A stretch of DNA of 64,000 nt from Chlorokybus atmophyticus (lineage: Eukaryota > Plantae > Mesostigma and Chlorokybus algae): NCBI GenBank assembly GCA_009103225.1, contig RHPI01003389.1:1-64000 (forward strand), given 5' to 3'. Position 1 is the stretch's first letter. Each line of letters opens with the position of its first letter. A program made the position numbers and the translations under genes. Under the pieces are notes generated by a model, which saw nothing but the letters and a program-made list of their open reading frames with translations, had not been told where the DNA came from and did not search any database. Of the stretch, positions 1 to 14,106 are shown piece after piece.

Positions 1-2377
1 CGTTACCTGTGCCTGGGGATAGGGGAGTTGGTTTTGCTGACATGCAACAACAACAGAGTGGTGCTTGTTGGTTGATACTCACACACATGCACTCACACGC
101 GCAAAAACATGTACTCATCGTCTCACTATGCAACCCAATTGTGTCGCGCGTCTCTGGGAAGGGGGTGGGAGCAGCAGCGGTAGCAAGCAGGCACCTGAAT
201 CTGTTGTCGTTTTGTTGCATGCGGAAACACGTGCGACAACGACGACCACAAACCCACCACCAAAACAAACAAGCTCCTTTGCTTCCGCTGCTCATTATCC
301 TTTAATCCCAGGCATGCAACAGTATGCCGATCGGCGTCGTTCGTGTTCGTGCATGTACTGTACTCTGTAGAGCGTACACAATACGCTAGCTGACACAACA
401 TGCAGTGTGTGTACAGCGGGTTATATATGTAAGCGAGCGTGTCATGTACGCTCTCGTACCTCCAACGCACGCATCCCCGCCTTTCTCACACACACACGTG
501 TCCACCGCACAGCGTTTGTGCCAGTAACTCCGCAAGCCAAGCCAGGCCAAGCCTAGGCCCAGGCCTAGGCCTAGGCCTGGGTTTTGGCTTGGCTTGGCCC
601 AGTGTCCTCGCCAGTCTCAGCGACATGCATGCTATCGCTTTGCATGTGTTGCACCGCTTCATTCATGCCTGGCAGCCATGCTCGCGTGGCCGGCGGCGTC
701 GGTGGCGTCGGCGGCGGTCGGGGGGGCGCTGTCGCCGTGCTGCTCGCTGCTACCGCGCCTGCCTGACGGCAGCGCTCCACAAGCCGTAGTCGGCCGATCT
801 TGCCGTCGTCATACTCCTCCTCAACGACACCGCCGCCGCAGCCAGCATACCACCGCAGCTCAGCCTCCCCGCGCATGCAGCAGCGACGCCAACACCGACG
901 ACGACGCTCACAACAGCCGCAACCACAGCCACAACCTCACCAGCGTCACCCGCAGAGAGGCGTTGGTGGTAGGGCCCGCCGCGGCCGCTGGTTCTGAGGA
1001 GGAGGCGAAGGCGGCGGCGGCGGCGGCTTCGCCCACGTCGTCGTCCGCAGCCGTCACCACCACCACCTTGCCGATGGTAGGATTACTGAGAGTGGAGCAG
1101 TTGACATGGCCCAATCCGCACAGCAACAACTTCATCCGCGTCTGCATTCGACATCGCACTCTGGCGCAGCTGGAGCAAACGCCACCACGACCCGTTACCT
1201 GTGCCTGGGGATAGGGGAGTTGGTTTTGCTGACATGCAACAACAACAGAGTGGTGCTTGTTGGTTGATACTCACACATATGCACTCACACGCGCACACAC
1301 ACTGTACTGTACTCGTCGTCTCACTATGCAACCCAATTGTGTCGCGCGTCTCTGGGAAGGGGGTGGGAGCAGCAGCGGTAGCAAGCAGGCACCTGAATCT
1401 GTTGTCGTTGTGTTGCATGCGGAAACACGTGCAACAACGACGACCAGAAAACCACCACCAAAACCAACAAGCTCCTTTGCTTCCGCTGCTCATTATCCTT
1501 TGATCCCAGGCATATGGAACAGTATGCCGATCGGCTTCGTTCGTGTTCGTGCATGTACTGTACTCTGTAGAGCGTACACAATACGCTAGCTGACACAACA
1601 TGCAGCGTGTATACAGCGGGTTATATATGTGAGCGAGCGCGTAATGTACGCTCTCGTACCTCCAACGCACGCATCCCCGCCTTTCTCACACACACAAACA
1701 GTGCAATCAACTCAACTTCTCTGCCTACGCACACGTGTCCACTGCACAGAGTTCGTGCCAGTGACTCCGCAAGCCAAGCCAGGCCAAGCCTAGGCCCAGG
1801 CCTAGGCCTAGGCCTGGGTTTTGGCTTGGCTTGGCCCAGTGTCCTCGCCAGTCTCAGCGACATGCATGCTATCGCTTTGCATGTGTTGCACCGCTTCATT
1901 CATGCCTGGCAGCGGCCATGCTCGCGTGGCCGGCGGCGTCGGTGGCGTCGGCGGCGGTCGGGGGGGCACTGTCGCCGTGCTGCTCGCTGCTGCCACGCCT
2001 GCCTGACGGCAGCGCTCCACAAGCCGTAGTCGGCCGATCTTGCCGTCGTCATACTCCTCCTCAACGACACCGCCGCCGCAGCCAGCATACCACCGCAGCT
2101 CAGCCTCCCCGCGCGTGCAGCAGCGACGCCAACACCGACGACGCTCACAACAGCCGCAACCACAGCCACACAACCTCACCAGCGTCACCCGCAGAGAGGC
2201 GTTGCTGATAGGGCCCGCCGCGATAATGGCCGCCGCGGCCGCTGGTTCTGAGGAGGAGGCGAAGGCGGCGGCGGCGGCGGCTTCGCCCACGTCGTCGTCC
2301 GCAGCCGTCACCACCACCAACTTGCCGATGGTAGGATTACTGAGAGTGGAGCAGTTGACATGGCCCAATCCGCACAG
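1..2377. repeat. Tandem duplication (~1.2 kb unit) of the AKR upstream region and exon 1
   Basis: Sequence at 1 (cgttacctgtgcctggggatagg) recurs at 1193. Unit 1 ends at CACAG 1119-1123 and unit 2 at CACAG 2373-2377. The first unit is cut by the window edge. Confidence 0.95.
678..1076 (+). CDS. Orphan duplicated first exon of the AKR gene (plastid transit-peptide-like, 133 codons, intact GT donor)
   Basis: ATG678 MLAWPAASVASAAVGG...TRREALVVG...TLPM ends at donor gtagg (1077). It is near-identical to exon 1 of the copies at 1918 and 19242, and no exon 2 follows within its own unit. Confidence 0.75.
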
Positions 2378-5300
2378 TCATGTTGTGTCTGAGCCATTGA
2401 CTATCATCATCATCTCTGTCTTGTCTGTCTGACTGCTCCTGCTTTGCTGCCGTGTGAGACGTTCGTACGCTATTCGCTATCCGGTGCATTCTTTTCATTG
2501 CTGGACTCTCAAGCATTTCAGCATTCGCTGTGCCAATTACAGGCACATGCACGCTCATGGCTGGCTTCTGCAACCATCAATCAGAACCCAATCACCACTA
2601 CATTGGCTCAGGCAACAGCACAATCACTAGCACGCACGCACGCACGCATGGCAGCAAGGCACCGAAGGCAACGGGCTAACATACAGATCGCGATAGCAAG
2701 CACATACACACGCAAGCGCACAAGCACACGTGCACACGCACACGCACACGCACGAGCTGGTGCACACCCCCTCCCCCTCCCTCCCCACCCACCCACCCAC
2801 CCACCCACACACGCAGGTCCCCCCCGGCCTCCCCCTCTCCCCCTCGGGTCTCCTCCCCTCCGCGATCGTCAAGGGCTGCTGGCAGCTGTCGGGCGGGCAC
2901 AGGGGGGAGCGCGACACGGACAGGACCGCGGGGAGGGAGGCGGTCCAGGACTTTGAGAAGTTCGTGGAGGCTGGTGAGGGAGAGATGAGAGAGAGAATTG
3001 TTGGAGTGTGTGTGAGAGTGAGCGTGAGAGTGAGAGAGAAGAGGGGTTGATCGTGTGAGCTCGCTTGCGTGTGTGGGTGCGTACGTGTACATGTATGGTG
3101 TATACATGTATGGGGCACCAGTAGTAGTAGTCCTTGCTGCTGACTGCATGTGTTATGTAGACAGACTTGCAGTCCAACCAACGTCACTGTTGAGCAGAGC
3201 AGCACATACATGCACGCACGATCTCACACACCTCCCTCCCTCCCTGCCTGCACGCACGCATGCACGCATCTTCACACACACACACACACACACACACACC
3301 GCTCCTTCTTCCCAGGCATCACCACCTTCGACACCGCGGACATCTACGGCCCCTCCGAGTCCCTCATCGGCCGCTACCTATCCACTCTGAGAAAGAAGAG
3401 CGGCGTCGCGGTGTTCACCAAGATGTGTCTGTTCGGCCAGGACCAGGCGGACCCCACGTTCGAGTTCGTCAGGAGGAAGGTCGAGGGGAGCAGGGAGAGG
3501 ATGGGGGTGGAGAGGATCGACATGGTGCAGTTTTATTGGCAGGTGAGAGGAAAGGAGAGTGTGTGTGTGTGTGTGTGTGTCATGATGTGTGTGTCCCATC
3601 GCAGCATAGTTTCTGTCTGTTACTTGTATTGCAGTTTGTGACAGGCTTTGGTTGTTGTCGTGTTTGGATAACTCGTTTGTGTTGTTTGACTTGCTTGGCG
3701 TGCAGGGTGCTGCGCACTGCACTGTGTGTGTGTGCCGTGCTTGTTGACCGCATGTTGTGAGTGCAGCATACAAGCAACTGTGTATCAATAACTGCAACTA
3801 TGCATTCACTCAGTTGCATATGCAGACACGAGTCCGCTTGTCGATGCAAGTGTAGTGCACTGTCGGAACAGAACCTTGTGGTTGTGTCGTACTTTCACGT
3901 CACTGTCTGGTTCTCCCTCACTCTCTTTGTGCGTCTCAGGACTACTCCATCCCCAACTACGTGACGGCCGCCAAGCACCTGTCCACGCTGCAGGCGCAGG
4001 GCCGCATCCGCGCCATCGGCGTCACCAACTTCGACGTGCCGCGAATGCGGGAGATGATGGATGCAGGGGTGAAGATTGAAGCCGCGCAAGTAGGCGTGCA
4101 TGCGCGTGCGCGTGCATACGTGCGAGTGTGTGTGTGCGTGTGTGTGCATGTATGTGCTCATCCATTGTGTGCGTGCGTATACACATGTGCGTGCGCGTGC
4201 GCGCGTGTGTGTGTGTGTGTGTGTGTGTAGTTTATGTACAAGGGGTGTCCGTGCGTGCGTGTGCATGTGTGAGCACCTGCACGTATGTGTCATTGTTGTG
4301 TCACCAACAACATACCCACGTTCCCACCTGACATCCTTCGCTTGAAATCCAGGTTCAGTACTCCCTGTTGGACCGGCGTCCCGAGAACGGCATGGTGGAC
4401 TTTTGCCGTGAGAACAACGTCAAGCTGCTGCCGTATGGTGTTGTGGCCGGCGGCTTCCTCAGCGACAAGTACCTCGGCAAGACCTTCGCCGAGGCGCGCA
4501 AGGACATCAACACGTACAGCAAGCAGAAGTACGCGTCCGTCATAAACCAGGTGCGTGTGGTGGGTATAAGTCCGTTGGTATGGCAGGTGTGCGCATAGTT
4601 TACTCATGGCGGCAATGGTTGGTGCATGTGCCATGCCTGACTTCATTCGATGTACTATGTACTACTAGCATCAGCAAGCAGCAGATCTAGTGTGCACGTG
4701 GGCGCATATACGCACACGCCAGTGTATGCAGCGTGCTGATTCATGTAGAAAGAGCTGTATACGTGCGTGTGTGCGCGCACGCATACAGCGTCTTTCTACA
4801 GCGTGTAAATGTACATGATTCTACTGGGTATGCTCAGTTGCAACCCGCCACAATGTCTCACCTCACAAATGTCAACCTTACTCAGGTCGGCGCCTGGGAC
4901 TGGTTCCAGGATCTCCTTGGTGTCCTGAGAAGTGTGGCCGACCGTCACAACGCGAGCGTGTCGAACGTTGCAACGCGTTGGGTCCTGCAGCGTCCCTCTG
5001 GCGTCGTGGCCGCCGCGATCGTCGGGGCACGCAACGCCGCGCACGTCGACGACCACCGACGCGCGTTCGCGTTCGAGTTGAGCGAAGAGGATCTTGCGCG
5101 GATTGATGAGGTGTTGGAGAAGGGGAAGAGGCCGAGAGGGGATTGCTACACGTGGGAAAGGGGGGGAGTGTTCTGAGCGGGGAGCGAGTGTGTTTGGTGT
5201 TGTTGTTCGTGTTGGGTTTGGCACATGGCCTCGCCTTGATGTTGGGCCAGGTTGAGGCCTACATATGTAGTTCATTACTTTGTTTCTTTGAGCAAAGAGT

Positions 5301-6278
5301 TGTTCTGGCACGTTGCCTCGGTATGTTGTGGGGTTGGGTGAAGGGATGTTGTGCAAACGAGGTGTTTTTGTGTGGTGAGCGGCAGGAGGGGTGTTGCATG
5401 ATCAGGGGGGACGATTCGCGGACAAAACAATTGTTGTAAAATGCGTAATATTTTCTATCCAAAGAACAACAGGCCATGCAGTGTTGCTACGCGGTTTTGG
5501 TTTTTGTGTCTTGAGTGACTGTATGTTTTGAGGCAGTCCTGACCACGCGCAGTGTTGGTGAAGATGGGATGATTTCATGTACGTGCGTGCGTTAGAGCGT
5601 GGAGTCGGCCAACACGTTGCCCCAACAAGTTGTGTCACTGAGGGACCGTTTGCATTGAGGGTGTACTTGCACACTGATTGCAGCATTTAGAGTTCTTGTT
5701 TGGTTTAATACAAGTTGCAACGGTGGGTGATGTTAGCCAACGCCATCCCTCAAGAAGACAACAGTGGTGAAAGCACGCCAAGAAGTCCAATTCTTAGATT
5801 TGTGCAGTTTATGAAAAATCACTTGCCAGCAAAAGGAAGGTAGGTCTACAAAATAAGCATGCAGAAGTACGCTATCTATGTCGTCATTTGCATGCCTTGT
5901 GGTCGAATCTTCGCAACCATAGCATATGGTATGTACACGTGTGCAGGCTCAGGCCGACCTGTTGACGACCAATACCTGCACCGCGAGACGTTTGCTAGCC
6001 ACAACTGCGACTTAGTAAAGCATGCAAAGGAATTGGACGTTGAACTCCTTCTCGTTAACAATGTTTAAGAGGAGATGAAAGCGCTTGTGGAGAAAGCGCA
6101 TTCGAAGACGGCCACCGTGCGAGGAGAGATCTCCAAGGCAACAATACTCGCAACCGAATTCATAAGCAACCCTAGCACATTAATGTTCCCGCAATTGCTT
6201 TCCGATATTGCCGAACGACCTCTACAAGTGTAACAAGTGGGCTCCGACCACTAGGCTATGGTAGCGTCTTTTGCTACC
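1119..6278. repeat. Segmental duplication, copy A (partner 18493-23675)
   Basis: Colinear high-identity match across promoter, all AKR exons and introns, and about 1.1 kb downstream. Homology stops at 6278/23675. Confidence 0.95.
1918..5176 (+). CDS. Aldo-keto reductase copy A (At2g27680/RSP5-like family); exon 1 has a 2-bp frameshift
   Basis: Six exons, approximately 1918-2330, 2817-2973, 3316-3541, 3941-4089, 4353-4551 and 4886-5176. They give GCWQLSGGH, GITTFDTADIYG, RIDMVQFYW, IGVTNFD, QVQYSLLDRRPE and PYGVVAGGFLSDKY. Exon 1 is 413 nt because of an extra CA near 2170; ATG2226 is in frame with exon 2. Confidence 0.9.
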
Positions 6279-6555
6279 TTTAACATCTTCAGCGTATGAC
6301 TTACTATTGATGTGTTACGCAGCTTGGTTTGACAATCTTTCCAACCCTGCCAGTGGTACCCTTTTGGGCCAACCTGCTGGGTGGGTTGATTCCTCTAATG
6401 TGCGCACAATTCGGGTAAGTTGGCTTTCAGGCTATTCCGTTCCTGATGCAGCATTGCATTACCAGTCTCATGCTTTGTCTTGGTCCTACCAGTGTAATGT
6501 TTCTTGATGACTGGCCGCCTGTTGTTGCGCTCAACGCGTGTGTTGCTCTGTGCAG

Positions 6556-6712
6556 TTTGGACCCAACAGCAACTTCCATGCCCTTCATTGGCACCGTCAT
6601 TGACGTCAGCGGCCTAGTTATCTACTTTCACATAGCCCGCTTAGTGTACATGCCATTGCCAGCAAAAGCCACAAGGACTCACGCGCATCATCTAGCACCC
6701 AAACCACATTGA
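6556..6712 (+). pseudogene. Orphan terminal exon of an MgtE-family Mg2+ transporter
   Basis: After acceptor tgtgcag the frame reads LDPTATSMPFIGTVIDVSGLVIYFHIARLVY...stop, matching the MgtE last-helix pattern DP...S.PF..T..D..GL.IYF.IA. No upstream MgtE exons are seen in the window. Confidence 0.7.
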
Positions 6713-7939
6713 TAGCCTTCAGTGTTGTGTATATTTCGTTCCATGCTCGTCAGAACGTTTGCTACTGTTATGCTTAGCGGTCATGGTCAATTGATGTTTG
6801 GCATCCACCTCCCATGGTCATCAAGGTGGCAACCAGCAAGGCCCACTATTGCTTAATGTAGTTATTGTTGGAGCTGATGGCTAGTCGCAGTGGAGGCGTT
6901 AATAGTGATGGTAGGCAACACGATGGTCACCTAACGATGGCATGGTCCCCCCTTGCTGTGGTGTGGCAACTGATGTGTTGTCCAACGCACAATGTAGTAT
7001 ACTCTCTCTTATATACGCTGGTTTGATGTTGCCGCGCAAGTTCATCAAAGAACAGCTAGACAGCACAGCCAAAGAAGCAGGACCACCGGTGCCAGTCTTT
7101 AAATACCAACCACATTGATGGGCATTTGCACGAGGCAGCACCAAGCTTATTTTGCAATCAACGCATGCGCCTGCCTGGTAGTGATACACAATGCCAGATT
7201 CGTGCGCTTACCCAAACAAAGCTGCTTATAGTCGTGGTCTCAAGGCAGGTGAAGGCGACATCTCCTGGCTTTCATTGTTCGCACGCTGGAGTATGTGTCA
7301 ACCATGGCTGCGTGGGGAACCATTGTGCCCAGTAACTGAATCAGCAACAGTGTACGGCAGAGGCACGCGCAGCTCGCAACTGCAAGAGAACCTGCTAGCT
7401 GCGACAAGTGTGCTGTTAGCAGCTGAGGTGCTGTGCTTGCTTGCGGGTCAACCGTTATCATTGCTATGCTGCCATGTCTGGAGTAAGTCAGTGGAGCTAG
7501 TTCTTGTTGCAGTTCTGGACCGCACGTACATAGTTGTATAATGGTATATGTGTGCGGATGGTTGCATGTATGCATCTGTGGCATGCAGCAACAGAGTGCG
7601 CATGTCCATATATGCCTTGTGACAGCACGTATGATGGAGCATCCCGTGTAGTGCAACCAGGCTCATGATGCTGGCGTGCATGTCGCAATCCGGTTGGCAA
7701 AGGTGTGGACGTTAGGTGTGCATTGGCTGGAGCGGCAGTGCGGCCTGCTTGCACGCACCAAGTGTGGAAACACATGTGCTGCATGTACATGTAACTCCAT
7801 GACTATCGTACACGCACGTCCCAATCAGCAATGTCTGTTTCAATATTCCATTCGTATAGTAGAGGCCCCACGACAATGGACACAGGCAGCCGGCGCTGCT
7901 GGGTTGATAAGCGAACCAGTTGCAGTCTGAAGCTGTGTC

Positions 7940-8150
7940 AGCACCATGCAACACCGTGTGACTCCATCACATCGCACAGGACAGGCCTTCAACTCAAGCA
8001 GATTCGTGGCAGAGCTTTGAGGGCACATCATCACGTACGTGAGTCTCTGTTTGATGGATGCGTGGCCCCTGTCGATGCTTGACGGACCTGAGCTCAGGCC
8101 CTAGAGAGACGAGCAGTCTTGCCTTGGGTTGTGCTGCGAGACAGAGAACA
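7940..8150. repeat. Non-coding ~210-bp repeat R, copy 1 (partner ~13756-13978)
   Basis: Shared blocks ccatcacatcgcacaggacaggccttc, cacatcatcacgtacgt, tttgatggatgcgtggcccct and gacggacctgagctcaggcc, in the same orientation. Confidence 0.85.
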
Positions 8151-8362
8151 ACCCTAGGGCTTCAGATGCTTGCGTTGAAGTTGGCGGGTCCAAGGCCATC
8201 TGCTTCTCGCATTGGTGGCGCTGTGTTGTGCTTGTTTTCCAGAGAAGCAGGCTGGCCTACAGAGGAGGTGGGGCTGCCGGTCTGCACCATCACCGCCGCA
8301 GCTTTTCTCTCAAGCCCAAAGCGTTCTCCTTTACTTGCTCCTCCTCCTGGTCTCGTGAAGCA

Positions 8363-10580
<2,218 letters not shown>

Positions 10581-11469
10581 TCGAGTGCATGTACATCTTG
10601 TTGTCTGCCAAACACCTGCTGTTGTGTTTTCTGAGCACAAGTGTGGCTATGCTTGATGGGGGAGCCTTATCACTGGTACTTGCAATGCTGTGATTTGTGC
10701 GACAACGATAACAATTATGTGTTGGTTCTAGCCTTGCACAAGTCCATTTGCACGCAAGCAGACTCGTGTGGGTGTGTGCACGACCGTGTGAGGTAGAGGA
10801 GCACAGTACGCTGCACACACCATGTACAGTGAGTATAAATTACGTTTGCATGCAAGCACAGTTTTCTGCAATCCCGGCAGAGCACACTATGCATGTGCAT
10901 TTCCGTTTCGCATTGTTTGTACATACACAAAACCAGGGCGGTTAACACTTGTACACGGTGAACTACGTGGTAGCGTGAAATGTGAGTGGTGTGCTTGTGG
11001 GATGGTGATTGTCAGTATGCATGAGCATACTGACAATCACCATCCCACAAGCCACGCGCATTGTATGTACAATCGTGCATAGTAGTGTATTGTTTCCTAA
11101 TAGCAAATGCGTAGGGAGTTAGCGTAAAGGGTACCCTCTGGACATGCGCAGTGCCGAGGAGTGCGAAGCAAAGTAGCAGGTTGTATGCAAATATGATGTC
11201 ATGTCAGGAACATTGTGCTCTCACCCAACAGCTGCATCGCAGGCTTGTCCACGCTCTTACTGTGCCAGTGCGTTGGTGCTGGACGTGTTCAGACAGACAC
11301 ACTTCATCAACGCAAGACTCCCTCAACAGCCCGCACGTGCGCATGAAGAGTCCAACATCCACCTATCTTCACACGTACTCACGCCGGCAGCACTCTCTTC
11401 TCATTCAACACCAACATGACCTATTGTGACTCGCCCAAACTCCTTCCCTTCACCCCGCATACACTCCAA

Positions 11470-12800
11470 ACGCCCTCTCCTGCCACCGTCCATACTCACC
11501 AAACATCGCCGTAACAGACTCCTCAACCTCATGCTCGACGACCGCATCACCACAAAACACAATGGTGTACCCCGCCCGTGCGCGCGCAGACGCACGCAGT
11601 GCCGCGCACCACGTCATGCGTCCCATGAGGCCTCGCGGCTAACGCTCTCGTCGAGAAGAGGGGGAGAGAGGGGTTTGTGTGTGTCGGGAGGGAGGGAGAG
11701 AGAGAGAGGGTGCAGGTTGGGGCCGTAGAGGATGTGGGCGTTGGCGAACGGGTCCAACCTGCATACATGTTGCGTACGTGTTGGGGTTAGGATGCATACC
11801 AATACGTGACGACGTACTTTGCGTCGAGTGTCCCGTAGAAGTCGTAGTAACCGCAAAGATGACCATTTTATTGTTTGTTTGTGTGTTTGTTTGCTGTTCG
11901 AGTGCACCGTCACCATGGCCTCCACCCAGCCGCTATCGTTGTATGTTCACACATGTTGTTGTGACCTATTACCCCACAAACAGCAACAGCAGGTGTCTTG
12001 CATTTCCAGCACAATATGCTGTTGCTGTATGACCGCTGCGGCCGGCAGTCCTCACCCGTGAAGCACATGATGGCCGCAGCATATTCAACCCACGCATGCA
12101 CCAGACCGCTGTTGCGCGCTGCGGCCGGGTTGCGATTTCGCTGGTGGAAGAGTATGACCGCATTGGTGTTGTGAGGAACGATGAGGGGTCACGCCGTCGT
12201 GGCGACACCACCAGCGAAATGGAGAGGCATCGTCGATGAGAAAGATGACGGAGGGCTGCAATGTCCGTGTGGGGTTGAAGCGATGACATGATGGGTTGTT
12301 AGCGTCTGCTTTGGGCGAGAGAGTGTGTGTGTGTGTGCATGCGCATGCGCGCGCGTGTGCACGTATCGTGTGTAGGTGTGCATGCGCGTGTTTGCGTATG
12401 AGCGCAAGCGGATGCGGATGCGCGTGTAAACATGCGCGCACACACAGTGAATGTGTGTGCACGATTGTCACAGATGACATACTTGCCACGAACAACCCCG
12501 CCTCTTGCTTGCGGTCCCAAGGCGTCTAGCAGGCACCCTACGCTCCTAGCATCGCCCCCCGGGCACGGCAACCGCCACCACCACCACAACCCCTTTCTCC
12601 GTGTTTGCGTCTGCGTCGACATCGCACTCGAGGCGGAGCATCAAGACAAGCAGCGTTCTGAGGCTGTGTGACTGCCGCTGAGACGCAGGGTTTTACGGCC
12701 TCGTACAGGCCGCAAGTGTAGCCGAGCACGCAGGACGCAGTGTGGAGGGAAAGGAGCTGGAGGACACGCCACCACCTGATACCTGTGCCTGGGAATAGGG
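11470..12800 (-). pseudogene. Decayed multi-exon gene of unknown family, copy 1 (partner ~17470-18600)
   Basis: A canonical gtatgc..atgcag intron joins GYYDFYGTLDAKYVVTYW to LDPFANAHILYGPNLH. A downstream segment reads VVEHEVEESVTAMFGEYGRW. The paralogous segment at 17.5-18.6 kb has the same motifs with different frameshifts. Confidence 0.45.
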
Positions 12801-12921
12801 GGAGTGTGATTCTGCTCATGTGCTCAACGGAGTGGTGCGCGCTGATACGCGAGACATATGCACACGCACACGCACACGCACACGCACACTGACTTACCTT
12901 GCAGGCTGATTGTGTTGCGCG

Positions 12922-12952
<31 letters not shown>

Positions 12953-13300
12953 CCGCAGCGACCACGCGTGCTGATGCCGTTGCCGCTGACAACGACGTCA
13001 TCAGTGTTGTTGGGGACTATTGTTGTTGTTGTTGTTGTTGCATGCGGATATCACACATGCACGCAACAACGACAACCACCAAGGTCGAGAGCTCTTTGCT
13101 ACCGCTGCTCAGTTCACCATCCTTGGTGAACACCCCTGCACGCGACAGTGTGCTACACACAGCGCATGTATTGTACACTATGCACAGTAGAGTGTATATA
13201 ATCTACGCTCATATAGACAGTTCTCGGAGCGTATACGTACAGTGTACAACGTACGAGCAAGCGTACCTCATACGCAGGCATGGCCCGCCTCTCACACTGC
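12770..13300. repeat. Older diverged copy of the AKR upstream region, without the AKR coding sequence
   Basis: acctgtgcctgggaataggggg (12781) and gtacctcatacgcaggcatggcccgcctctcacac (~13263) match the units starting at 1, 1193 and 18565. Confidence 0.7.
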
Positions 13301-13469
13301 AGCTGCTGGTAGGGGAAGGCTTGTGACAGCTGACAGTGGCGTTAATGGCCCGTGATGTGGAAAACCGTCACTGCTACTGTACTCATGTTACATTTGTCAC
13401 ACACACACACACACAAGTAATGTATCATCTTCTATAAGCGCAAAGGGTGAGTCACTCACTACACAACTA

Positions 13470-13590
13470 TCACAACGTCACAACACATCTCAAGGCAACG
13501 TGCCAAAAGAGCTCTCTGCTCTCAAGTCAAACAGCCAAGTGTTTGACTACAAAAACCGCAGGCCTCAACCTGGCCCCCAACATCACAGCA
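13470..13590 (-). repeat. Inverted fragment of the AKR 3' downstream region
   Basis: The reverse complement contains tgatgttggg(gg)ccaggttgaggcct and ttttggcacgttgcc, matching 5227-5320 and 22590-22680. Confidence 0.7.
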
Positions 13591-14106
13591 ACCTGAGGCA
13601 ATCTGCGAACAGAACTACACTGTAACTCTCCGTCCAAAGACCCAATGCCCTATGTGTGTGGTTGTAACATATGCTGCATGTACCGCTTCCGCGAGCAATG
13701 CTTTGCAAGCACTGCTTGAAAAGCGAATTGGGCGCAAACCAAAAGCTGTTTCAGCGCCATGTAACACCATGCGATTCCATCACATCGCACAGGACAGGCC
13801 TTCGACTCAGCAAACCTGTGTGGCAGAGCCTTTGAAGGCACATCATCACGTACGTAAGTCTTTTGTTTGATGGATGCGTGGCCCCTGATGCCACTGTCGA
13901 TGCTTGGACGGACCTGAGCTCAGGCCTAAGAGAGTGAAGCCAGCCTTGGGTTGTGCTGAGAGAAAGAGAACAAGGCAGCAGCAGGTCAGGCTACTGAACA
14001 ATCCTAGACCAGAGTCGTAATGCACAGCGCCCACATCTTAGTGTTTACGCAGGGTTGGGGGTGTTCAATTTTACTCCTAACCTAGGTGTATCTTAGTTGG
14101 GGGTGT

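Noticed and set aside
2600-4350. Many His/Thr- or Cys/Val-rich ORFs, also seen elsewhere in the window
   Set aside because: They are translations of intronic CA/GT microsatellites.
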